DNA of 64,000 nucleotides from assembly GCF_009914755.1 (NCBI RefSeq), contig NC_060937.1; one strand, 5' to 3'. Positions within the stretch are counted from its first letter, which is position 1. Each line of letters opens with the position of its first letter. The translations under genes and the position numbers were made by a program. The stretch is from the human T2T-CHM13v2.0 reference genome, Homo sapiens. Shown in pieces: positions 1-16,345 of this stretch. The notes below the pieces were generated by a model. That model did no database searches and was not told the origin of the DNA. It worked only from the letters and a program-made list of their open reading frames with translations.

Positions 1-1159
1 CACTTTTCTCTTTTTAGACTTAGGTTTTGATATAAAGAAGTTTCATAAAAATGACTTGGGCAGCTATCATCTGTTTAAAAGGTCTGACTTTGTTGAAATA
101 ATTTGGGCTTTCCTGTTCTTTGAGTTTTGATAAAACAACTGTAAAACCATCTGCCTTTTTAAAAAAAATTGAGATTGATGTATACTTTCTGTTATTACTA
201 TTTTTTTACATTCTGTCTCCCAGGCTGGAACACAGTTGCTCGTAGCTCATTGCAGCCTCAAATTACCTTGCCTTTGTAACAGTAGGTCCTCAGTCACCTT
301 TCTCATCTACAGATGTTGGTTTACTTAAGCTTTCTAATTACTTGGAGGTCAGCTTAGCTCAGTGGTTAGCACAAGTTGCTAATAAATGCTCGAGTATGAG
401 GGTGCAAAGAAAGGGGTAGGGAGGTGCAAGACTCTTGGCTTCAAATGCCCAGTCCCCTACTCATCTGCTCAGGCCCCTGTCTAGCCTCTGTATCTAAGCC
501 AAACTACACACCTCCTCCCCTGAGAAGCCCTCTTGGATTTCTCCTGTCCCGTCTTCCCTGCTCTATCCTCGGGTGAGTGGATCCACCCATCTGCCTCTGT
601 GCTGGGCAGATGCCACTGCTCTCTGCTTTCTGGCTGGACGAGGCAAGGGGGCAGTTGTGTGTGTAGAAGTCCCCGTAAACCTTGGCCTTTGCCTCATGCC
701 TGGCACATTCAACCTTTGCTGACACCTCCACAGAAATACCAACCTCACCAACATCTGCAGAATGGGCCACCAGGGTCTGTCTGGAGCTTGGGTGGGATTT
801 TCACTTGACTACAAATACACACACATACAACCTAAGCTTCCAGGTCTGCATTCTTGGCTGACTCTTCACACTTGAGTCCAAGACAGGTCAATGGTTAGTG
901 GTTGGATTTGCAAGCATGTGTGTTTTTGGGCAGGATATCAGCTGGGGCAGTCTGAGAGGAAGCTGTCAAGGGAAGCTAAAGAGGAGGGAGTCAGTCACGT
1001 CTCTCTTCACCTGTTGCACTCTCTAAATTTTACTGTCCACTCCTAGGCCTGATCTAGAGGGCTGTGTAGTCTAGGGGAGACAAAGTTGGATGTATCTACT
1101 GCCAGCCCCATGGGGTCAGAACTACAGGGGAAGGATGGGGACTGTGGGATTCCAGAGGA

Positions 1160-1530
1160 ACAACAGGGAGGGCTTCTTGGAGGAATGCTTGTTCTTGAGC
1201 TGAGTTTTTTTTCTCTGTAGTTCAGTCTGAAATGCAGTGGCACAATCACTGCTCACTGCAGCCTTGACCTTCCGTGCTCAATTGATCCTCCTACTTCAGG
1301 GTGGGACTACAGGCACATGCCACCACACACAGCTAATTTTTGTATTTTTTGTAGAGATGGGGTTACATCAGGTTGTTCAGGCTGGTCTCAAACTCCTGGG
1401 TTCAAGTAATCCTCCTGTCTTGGCCTCTCAGAGTGCTGGAATTGCAGGCATGAACCACCTCATCTGACCTGAGCTGAGTTCTGAAGTGTGAATAGGAGTT
1501 GGCTAGGTGAAGAAGGGAAAAAAGGACCTT
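1160..1530 (+). mobile_element. L2 fragment interrupted by an Alu
   Basis: L2-type motif gagggcttcttggagga...tgagctgagttctgaag...aataggagttggctaggtgaag on both sides of the Alu. Confidence 0.55.
1207..1469 (-). mobile_element. AluJ-like SINE, degenerate, with target-site duplication (TSD)
   Basis: Antisense Alu body; TSD tgagctgagtt at 1196-1206 and 1470-1480. Confidence 0.85.
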
Positions 1531-1989
1531 CTAGACAGAAATATTTGTCAAAGATAGAGAGAAGTAGGCAGGAGCTGATTAGGGCAAGGTGTTTGAATGT
1601 CAGGCTGGATGCAGAAATTTTCTCACAAGGCCAATGTGGAACCATGGAGAATGTGTGAGCAAGGGAGGCCATGATTAGAGCTTGATCTCTCAGGGGCAGA
1701 GTGGGGGACAGCTTGGTTCTTCGGTGATGGGATCAGGAGAGTTCCGGTGTCATGGGGTGTCAGGAGAGTTAAGCCCTGCATCAACTCATCTGCACCTGTC
1801 ACCTTGCACCAGAATTGGTGGGGGACCTCCTGATGTTCTGGAGGGCCAAATAAGCCATGGGATCCAGTGACTTACAGTGTGAGGTACAGACCAGCACAGA
1901 GAGGGTACCGCCCCAGGCTCTGCTCAGATGGACACAGCCCTGACCTCATCTCCAGCCTCCTGCCATCTCCACCCCAGCCCTGATAGTCC

Positions 1990-2250
1990 TGCTTTCCATG
2001 GTAGCCATGAGCTGCATGTTAAAATGATAAATCAGCCCCATCCCTTCTCTCCTCAAAACCCTCTCATAGCTCGTCTTTGCTCTTAGACTAAAACCCAGAG
2101 CCTCCTGCAGCTCAGAAGGCCCAGTGTGGCCCAGCCTCTGTGGCCTCTTGCCCTCCCCACCCACTCCAACCTCACTGCTGTTTCTCTCCACCTTGGGATC
2201 CTTGTACCTGCTGTTTCTTCTGCATGGAATTCACTTCCTGTCTCAGCTCT
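1990..2250 (-). mobile_element. L2 fragment
   Basis: ctcctcaaaaccctc...cttagactaaaacccaga...cttgtacctgctgtttcttctgcatggaa resembles antisense L2a consensus. Confidence 0.55.
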
Positions 2251-3494
2251 AGGACATCAGTCCAGAAAGGCCCCCAACTTCCTGCCTCTCGGGGTTTCCC
2301 TCTCACGTGACCTCTGCACTAGCCATAGTGTCCCTATAACTAAAATTGAGACAGATTGAGAAAGGGCTTAGTTGAGCCTTCTATGCTCAAGAGACTCAGG
2401 CCCAAGATCAGCCCCAGTCCCTGCTCTCATGAGACCACATGCATAGGGGTCATTTGGGGGATTATCTTGGCACTGGGTCCTGTGGGTTGGTGTCACCTCC
2501 AGCCTCCAGGGACTCATCCTAGCCATGGGAATGTGTCCAATTCCTGCCCAGGATTTAAATTAGCCCTGGAGATTACATTTAGTAAGTCAAGCTGGAGGTC
2601 AGGGGCTGGAGCCCACAGCCTGGGCTCTGCAGAGCTGTGGCGGCTCAGAGACTCAGCCCAGAGAACATGGAGGTATGCTTAGGGTCACACAGTGGGCCAC
2701 AAGTGCCACCTGAGATGTCAGATACTTGTGGGCCTGGGACACCTGGATGATGAAGGGTCCAGCATGGGCTGGAGCAGTGCCAGGGGTTGGGGTTCTGAGA
2801 AGCATCTGTGGCCACTCCCAGAGAATGACCTGAATTTCCTGAGAGTTTGTTGCCAAGCCTTGTGGTGGGAGCTTGGCATTTCATGCCTGCCATAGAGGTC
2901 TGTTACCTGTCCCATTCACAGAACAGCACATAGAGGCCTAGAAATCAGCCTCCTATGCTGAGAACCACCTCAAGGGTCATAGAAGAGGCTGGGACCCAAG
3001 CATAGGCCCATGTGACTCTGGGGAGTCACTCATCTGAAGCCTCAAGTCATCTGTGACATGGCAGAGGCCGGGAGGTGGAGTGTATTCACACGGTTGGCAG
3101 AGCGGGGATGTCCCCTGGGGGTCTCAGGGGCCTGGGATGGCATGCCTGCTGCGGAACGGGCAACATGATTTCTTTCTATGGAGGAAACTTGCATGGGGGT
3201 GCCGGAGAAAGCCTTGTCCCTGCCGTGGCCCAGCAGCCTCCTGCTTCTGAGACCCCCACCGGGGGATCCAAGATTCCTTGAGGTGGGGTCCAGGGTTTCT
3301 CCTGAGTCACCAAGTGGACCCCTGGACCTAAACTCTGGTCTGAGGGCTCCAAGCCAGAGTCTTTCCAGGGAATCCCTGTACTCTCCCACTGGAACAGGGT
3401 GGGTTTCCATCATTCTCTTTTCAAAAACAAAAAAAAAAAATTAGCAGAAATAATTCACTGGTGGTTGGGGGGAATTGGAAGATTCAGATAATCA

Positions 3495-4950
<1,456 letters not shown>

Positions 4951-5172
4951 TTTTAAAATGTATTATTATTATACTTTAAGTTTTAGGGTACATGTGCACA
5001 TTGTGCAGGTTTGTTACATATGTATACCTGTGGCATGTTGGTGTGTTGCACCCATTAACTTGTCATTTAGCATTAGGTATATCTCCTAATGCTATCCCTC
5101 CCCCCTCCCCCCACCCCACAACAGTCCCCGGTGTGTGATGTTCCCCTTCCTGTGTCCATGTGTTCTCATTGT

Positions 5173-8999
<3,827 letters not shown>

Positions 9000-9064
9000 T
9001 GTGATGTTAGCTGGTTATTTTGCCCACTAGTTGATGCAGTTTCTTCCTAGCATCGATGGTCTTT

Positions 9065-10087
9065 TCAATTTGGCATGTTTTTGCAGTGGCTGGTACTGGT
9101 TGTTCTTTCTGTGTTTACTGCTTCCTTCAGGAGCTCTTGTAGGGCAGGCCTGGTGGTGACAAAATCTCTCAGCATTTGCTTGTCTATAAAGGATTTTCTT
9201 TCTCCTTTACTTATGAAGCTTAGTTTGACTGGATATGAAGTTCTGTATTGAAAATTCTTTTCATTAAGAATGTTGAATATTGGCCCCCACTCTCTTCTGG
9301 CTTGTAGAGTTTCTGCTGAGAGATCCGCTGTTAGTCTGATGGGCTTCCCTTTGTGGGTAACCCGACCTTTCCCTCTGGCTGTCCTTAACCTTTTTTCCTT
9401 CATTTCAACCTTGGTGAATCTGATAATTCTGTGTGTCAGGGTTGCTCGTCTCATAGAGTATCTTTGTGGTGTTCTCTGTATTTCCCGAATTTGAATGTTG
9501 GCCTGCCTTGCTAAGTTGTGGAAGTTTTCCTGGATAATATTCTGAAGAGTGTTTTCCAACTTAGTTCCATTCTCCCCATCAATTTCAGGTACACCAATCA
9601 CAAGTAGATTTGGTCTTTTCACATAGCCCCATATTTCTTGGAGGCTTTGTCCATTTCTTTTTACTCTTTTTTTCTCTAAACATCTCTTCTCACTTCATAT
9701 CATTCATTTGACCTTCAATCACTGATCCCCTTTCTTCCACTTGATCAAATCGGCTACTGAAGCTTGTGCATGCGTCACGTAGTTCTTGTGCCATTGTTTT
9801 CACCTCCATTTGGTCATTTAAGGTCTTCTCTATGCCGTTTATTCCAGTTAGCCATTCATCTAATCTTTTTTCAAGGTTTTTAGCTTCCTTGCAATGGGGT
9901 CGAACATCCTCCTTTAGCTTGGAGAAGTTTGTTATTACCAACCTTCTGAAGCCTACTTCTGTCAACTCATCAAAGTCATTCTCCATCCAGCTTTGTTCCA
10001 TTGCTGTGGAGGAGCTGTGACACTTTGGAGGAGAAGAGGTGCAGTGGTTTTTAGACTTTTCAGCTTCTCTGCTCTGGTTCTCTCCAT
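9065..10087 (-). pseudogene. L1 ORF1p remnant, frameshifted
   Basis: Pieces 9690-10001 (EQSWMENDFDEL) and 9065-9622 (KRPNL...ARREWGPIFNIL); start codon at 10085-10087. Confidence 0.93.
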
Positions 10088-11126
10088 CTTTGTCATTTTA
10101 TCTACCTTTGGTCTTTGATGATGGTGACCTACAGATGGGGTTTTGGTGTGGATGTCCTTTTTGTTGATGTTGATGCTATTGCTTTTGTTTGTTAGTTTTC
10201 CTTCTAACAGATTCCTCAGCTGCAAGTCTGTTGGAGTTTGCTGGAGGTCCACTCCAGACCCTGTTTGCCTGGGTATCACTGGCAGAGGCTTCAGAACAGC
10301 AAATATTGCAGAACAGCAAATGCTGCTGCCTGATCCTTCCTCTGGAAGCTCTGTCTCAGAGGGGCACCTGGCTGTAAGAGGTGTCAGTTGACCCCTACTG
10401 GGAGATGTCTCTCAGTTAGGCTACTTGGGGGTCAGGGACACACTTGAGGAGGCAGTCTGTCCATTCTCAGAGCTTGAACTCCATTCTGTGGGAACCACTG
10501 TTCTCTTCAGGGCTGTCAGACAGGGAAGTTTAAGGCTGTAGAAACTTCTGCTGTAGAAAGTTTCTGCTGCCTTTTGTTCAGCTATGCCCTGCCCCTAGAG
10601 GTGGAGTCTACAGAGGCAGGCAGTCCTCGTTGAGTTGTGGTGGTCTCCACCCAGTTCAAGCTTCCTGGTGGCTTTGTTTACCTAGTCAAGCCTCAGCAAT
10701 GGCGGATGCCCCTCCCCCAGCCTGTCTGCTGCCTCCCAGTTCGATCTCAGACTGCTGCACTAGCAGTGAGCAAGGCTCCATGGGTGTGTGATCCTCTGAG
10801 CCATGTGTGGGATATAATCTCCTGGTGTGCCATTTGCTAAGACTGTTGGAAAAGTGCAGTATTAGGGTGGAAGTGTCCCAATTTTCCAGGTACCATCTGT
10901 CATGGCTTCCCTTGGCTAAGAAAGGGAAATCCCCCAACCCCTTGTACTTCCTGGATGAGGTGATGCCCCACCCTGCTTCAGCTCACCCTCTCCGTGGGCT
11001 ACACCCACTGTCCAACCAGTTCCAGGTACTTCAGTTGGAAATGCAGAAATCATCTGTCTTCTGTGTTGATAGTGCTGGAAGCTGTAGACCAGAGCTGTTC
11101 CTATTTGGCCATCTTGGTGCCTCCCC
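10088..11126. promoter_or_regulatory. L1 5'UTR internal sense/antisense promoter with ORF0 remnant (ATG 10699, premature TGA 10789-10791) and the ~129-bp ZNF93-target segment (~10233-10361)
   Basis: Plus-strand ATGGCGGATGCCCCTCCCCCAGCC matches the ORF0 start (MADAPPPA...ISDCC); UTR is ~1039 bp versus ~910 bp in L1HS. Confidence 0.75.
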
Positions 11127-11939
11127 TTGTTTTTTTTTTTTTTTCTGATTTCAACTTGACAGCAGAACTCAACCATGCTGATGGTGCAGATGCATGTTGG
11201 TGGGAACTTTTCATTGTTTGATTCTGACATTTATGATAAATGGATTCACTTACTAAAGTTTTGTAGAGAGAGTAATAACCATTTAATCACCTAGATGATA
11301 TTTCCTTTATAAAATCAAACATATCTGGTGGTTTTAGAGCAATATTTTTTACCTCAGTCACTTGTGTTTATTAGACAAGAATACTAAGTGTCAAGATGTT
11401 TGCATTGCCTTTCATATTTTTATTTAGGAGACAGTGTAATGATAAATGACTTTGAATATATAACCAGACACACCTTCATCCCCCCACCAAATCTGTGCTA
11501 ATTTACTGTTTTTTATATTTCATGCATGAAGCTAAATTGTTTTTACCCATGGATTACAGCAAAATGATGCAATGATACCTGAATCCTGGCCAAATAACAT
11601 GAAATGGCAACTGCAAAATTGTTCTGCAAAATTTTACAAGGTATTATGGTATTGAGGATATCCCAAGAAAACTTGAGAGGCATTATCTTTCTCATTGGAG
11701 ACTGACATTCCTGTATCAAGTAAAGTCTCAGGAAAAAGAACCACGTGTGACTATTTTAATGCAACCTCTTGGTTGAAATAAAATGACTAAAAGCAGTGTT
11801 TATCTTGTTGATAACTGAGAGGCAAATGTTAAAAATTTTGTTCTGAGATGAAGAGAGTTCACATGATAAGTCTCTGGGATGTGAACTAAACTGGGAAAGC
11901 ACCAGGACCATTTCTGAGACATACAGTTAATTAGGGTTT

Positions 11940-12200
11940 GGATAAACAGAATAATGTTCCCCACTCCCTAAAAAAGATATTTACATCCAAGTTCTTAGAT
12001 ACTGGAAATATATTACAATTCATGGCAAAGAGAATATAAGGTTGCAAATGGGATCAAAATTGCTGATATGCTGATGAAAAATAGGAAGACTATTATGAAT
12101 TATCATGGTGGGCCCAGTAGAATCATAAGCATCAAAAACCATGGAAGAGTGAAGAATAAACCGTATCAAAGTGATAGATCATGAGAAAGACTCAATTGGA
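11940..12200 (+). mobile_element. MLT1 (MaLR LTR) fragment
   Basis: cagaataatgttcccc...aaagatatttacatcc...catggcaaagag...gattatcatggtgggccc-type motifs resemble the MLT1D 5' part. Confidence 0.6.
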
Positions 12201-12679
12201 TATATTTTTAATTGTTTGCTTTAGTGAGTCTTTCCACTTTAGCATACATTTTATTAAATTCAACTCTGCAAATGTGATTCATTTTATATGCCTGTCATTG
12301 AATTGGGTGTTAAAAATAAAATGAGAGAACACAAAATAACAAAAATTGATTTCTAAAGATGGAGGGCAAAGGGCATTAGGAATATAGATAGTGTGCACCC
12401 TATACAGACATGATTGTAAATGTATTCATTATATATAGAGAGTAAGAATTATATATATATATATGTATATAATTATTTGGCTTAGAAAAGAGTGCAGGGG
12501 GAACATTATCAAGAATTTAGCATCAAGGTTAATCAAGAATAAGTGAGTAAAATAAAAATAATAATGATGGTAATAATTTCAAACACTGAAGAAAGAACAT
12601 TGATGATATGAAGTCATTTTTTTTCAGATCTACAAAATATGTTTCTTCTATGCCATTAGGATGAACACAGTTTTCACTT

Positions 12680-12917
12680 ATGTTATCTTTTAAAAATGCC
12701 TTTAATTGTCAAGCTAGCATGAGAATCTCAGCCAACATCTTCCATCTTCTCTTCCACATTTTTACATTCTTTCAGGATCACAGGCCTAAGACCCATGACC
12801 TGGTCACCTGTCATTTGGCCTTTGTCCACCTAGTAATGCTCTTCACTGCAATGGAGTTTTTGTCTCCAGACATGTTTGAGTCACTGAATTTTCAGAATAA
12901 CTTTAGATGTAAAGCTT

Positions 12918-12948
<31 letters not shown>

Positions 12949-13931
12949 GGAGACAGAGTCTCTCTCTGTTGCCCAGGCTGGAGTGCAGTGGCGCGATCTC
13001 AGCTCACTGCAAGCTTCACCTCCCGGGTTCACGCCCCACGCCATTCTCCTGCCTCAGCCTCCCAAGTGGCTGGGACTACAGGTGCCTGCCACCACGCCCG
13101 GCTAATTTTTTTTGTATTTTTTAGTAGAGACGGGGTTTCACCGTGTTAGCCAGGATGGTCTCGATCTCCTGACCTCGTGATCCACCCGCCTCGGCGTCCC
13201 AAAGTCCTGGGATTACAGGCGTGAGCCACCGCGCCTGGCCTAAAGCTTTCTTCTATTTGCACAAGGTGATGAGGGGCCTCTCCATCTGCACCACCTGCCT
13301 CCTGAGCATGCTCCAGGCCATTACCATCAGCCCCAGCACCTCCTGGTTGGTTAGATTTAAACATAAATTTACAAAATACGATATCCTGGGCTTATTCGTT
13401 TTTTGGTTTAGCAATTTGTCTTTCAGTAGTGACATGACAATCTACACTGTAGGTTATTCCAATGACCCAGATAATTTTGAATATCAGCAAATATTGCACA
13501 TTTTTCCCAATGAATGTTCTCATCAGTACGCTATTTCTTATGCTGTCATTATCCAGAGATGCCTTCTTCATAGGAATCATGCTGCTCTCAAGTGTATACA
13601 TGGTCATTCTTTTGTCCAGGCATCAGAGGCACTCCCAGCACTTTCACAGCAGCAGCCTTATATTAAGGACTTCTCTAGTGAAAATGGCCACCAAGACCAT
13701 CCTGATGCTGGTGAATTCCTTTGTGCTGATGTACTCAGTGGACTTCATCCTCTCATCATCCACAATGCTGTTATGGGTAATTGGCCTTGTCACCTATGGT
13801 GTCCACAAGTTTGTGGTCAATGCCTATGCCACTGTCAGTCCTCTGGTGCTAATCAGATCTGATAAAAGAATCATCGGCCGGGCGCGCAAAAGTTTCAATG
13901 GAAGTGCCATCTATTTTTAACAAGTTGGTGA
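12680..13931 (+). pseudogene. Vomeronasal type-1 receptor (V1R/VN1R family) pseudogene
   Basis: V1R hallmarks [88 protein letters not shown]. Disrupted by an AluY, a frameshift near 13463 and an 11-nt insert at 13876. Reconstructed length ~306 aa. Splice acceptor tttttttcAG ends at 12627. Confidence 0.95.
12922..13240 (-). mobile_element. AluY inserted in the V1R coding exon
   Basis: AluY diagnostics (ccgtgttagccaggatggtctcgatctcc), ~30-nt pure T tail, TSD taaagctttctt at 12910-12921 and 13241-13252. Confidence 0.95.
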
Positions 13932-14329
13932 TAAAATTTTCTAAAAATTATTTCTTTGTAATCAATTAAATTATACAAAAAGCACATAATTTTCTTTCTG
14001 ATTTAAATAAAACATGTGAATTGTACTTTTATAATATCTCAATATCTTTTAATTTTTTGGTGCCAAGAACTGTGTGCTTTCCTCAGTTCAATGTCCACTA
14101 TGATTTTGTATTCTCAAGGTCTGTCTCTCACCCCTTCATTTTAATTTTACCTTTATACAGGAAAATGTTATTTTCTTCTTGAGTACACTCTTATGCGGCT
14201 CCTATTGGCAAGCAAATCTCTTAGTTTTAATTTTTGAAATTATTTTAATTTTTCTTATTTATTGAAGATATTTAGCTATATTCAAATTCTAGCTTGAATA
14301 AAAAATTTTTTAAGCATAATTTTAAAATT

Positions 14330-15220
14330 TGTTTTTAATTGAAAATAACATTGTGTAAGTTTATTATGTATGTTTTGAATTACATATAGATTATAAAATG
14401 ATTAAATCTAGTTAATTAACAAATGCATTATCTAAAAGTTATTGTTTTTTGTGGTGAAAACAGTTAACATCAACTACCTTTTCATTTTTCAGGACTGCAA
14501 TATATCATAATTAAGTATGGCTGCCGTGCTGCATAGCAGATCTTGTAAAATATATTTCTTCTATCTAATAATAATTATGTTTCCTTTGACCAACATCTTT
14601 CCATCCTGTCCTCCCCACTAACCACCGCAGGCTCTGGTAACCACCATTCTCCTCTCTACTTCTAAGAGATAAGCTTGTTTAGATTCCACATTTAATAAAT
14701 TCCTGTCTTATTTGTCTCTCTATATCTGGCTTATTTCACTTAACATAATGTCCTTCAGGTTCATCTATGTTGTCTTAAATGGCAGAATTTTATTCTGCCA
14801 TTTATTTTATTATGCCATATATTTGTGGCCAAATAGCATTTCATTATGTTTACATACCATGTTGTCTTATCCATTTATTCTTCGATGGGCACTGTGATTG
14901 ATTCCATATCTTGGCCATTGTCAATAGTGCTGTAATAAACATGGGAGTGTAGCTATCTCTTTAACATACTGATTTTATTTCTTTTGGCTATATGCCCAGT
15001 GGTGGAATTGCTGGAACATACAGTAGTTCCATTTTAGGTTGAGAAACTTCCATACTTGTTTTTCATAGTGGCTGTATTAATTTGTATTCAAACCAACAGT
15101 TTATAAGAGTTCCCTTTATTCCACATCCTTGCTAACACTTGTTCTCTTTTGTCATTTCGATTATGGCCATTCTACTTAAGATAAGGTAATGTCTGGTATT
15201 GTTTTGATTTGCATCTCCCT
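14330..15220 (-). mobile_element. L1MA-type 3' end fragment
   Basis: Antisense L1M 3'UTR and ORF2 C-terminus (ctctggtaaccaccattc, ggcttatttcacttaacataatg, gttttgatttgcat). Confidence 0.8.
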
Positions 15221-15221
15221 G

Positions 15222-16345
15222 GAGGTGATAAACACCAAGACAAAGAAACTGGGAGATACAAGAGGACAGAAATGACTCAGTGATAGACACCATGGAGTCT
15301 CATCCACAATCGGCACACTCTGATCCTCTAACCAAATGACAAGCCACAGTTCAACTACTCCTTTTAAAGAAAAATGAGAAAACATATCTCTAAAATCGAG
15401 GACAGGCAAGGAGAGTGTCCCCCTTTGGGCACCCCAGCTGGTTTTATGTGTGATAATTATAGCACCTCTTCTTGCAAACATTTATGTAAAGGGAGGATTT
15501 TACTAAGGACGACCAACATCTAAGGTTCCCAAAGTGAAGAACTTTAAATATTCCCAAACTGGTCTTCTCGTATGCTAAATTAGAGAAGTTAGGTTTCTGC
15601 ATCAAGGAAAATAAATGAGGGTTGTATTTTAGCTGGCACCTAAAAACATCCAAAAGTAGAAATGATAAACTTATTTCTTTCCAGAAAGGTAACAACAAAA
15701 TATTTGAAACTACCTCAGAATTAAAGAAAAGTAGCAAAATCAGCTTCTAAAATCAGGAAGCTGCCAGAAACTGTCTCTTCTTTTTCTTCTCCTAAACCTC
15801 TGCTTTCTAAACTTCCTTGCCTGGATGACTTCATTTTTTTTCTCTTTCTCCTCCCTGTATTCCTTCTTAAACCACAAAGGGTCCAGAAATAGCTACAGGA
15901 GAAGACAAAATAGTAGTCATTTCTTTTAAAACAAAACCCACAGGAAGAGTGGGTTCAAACATAAGATATACACCTTACACCAAGTCAGAATTAAGTGCTC
16001 TGATGTTTGGATTTCCTGATCTGACTCAAGACACCTTAGGTTTGCCAAGGAATTCCAAATAATGCTTAAGACCTAAGATTCAGGGTTTTCAAACCAATAT
16101 CAGCTAACTGATTTACTAGTCCTCCAAAACAAAGCCAAAGAGTGCTACAAAGTAGTGAATTAGAAACAGCTTTAGCAGATTTTAACAAACTAAAGTGCAA
16201 ATGGGAGAGAGAAGTGTAGGGAGTTTTGCAACTGCCTCTGTGGGAATTTACCACAGCTATTCCCCCTAATCCTATAGACTAGGCAAAATACAACAATGTA
16301 ATATATACCCCAGCAAAACCATACCTGATTATTATATCACATTTA
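15222..16345 (+). mobile_element. ERV1 (MER4-group-like) internal fragment with degenerate gag
   Basis: From ~15394 it reads ..PPLGTPAGFMCDNYSTSSCKHL.., typical of the MER4-group gag N-terminus; capsid-like D*AKIQQC..PDYY near 16277; many stops. Confidence 0.6.

Noticed and set aside
13221-13862. 213-aa ORF as a functional receptor
   Set aside because: It starts in Alu sequence and leaves the V1R frame at ~13463, so it is only part of the pseudogene
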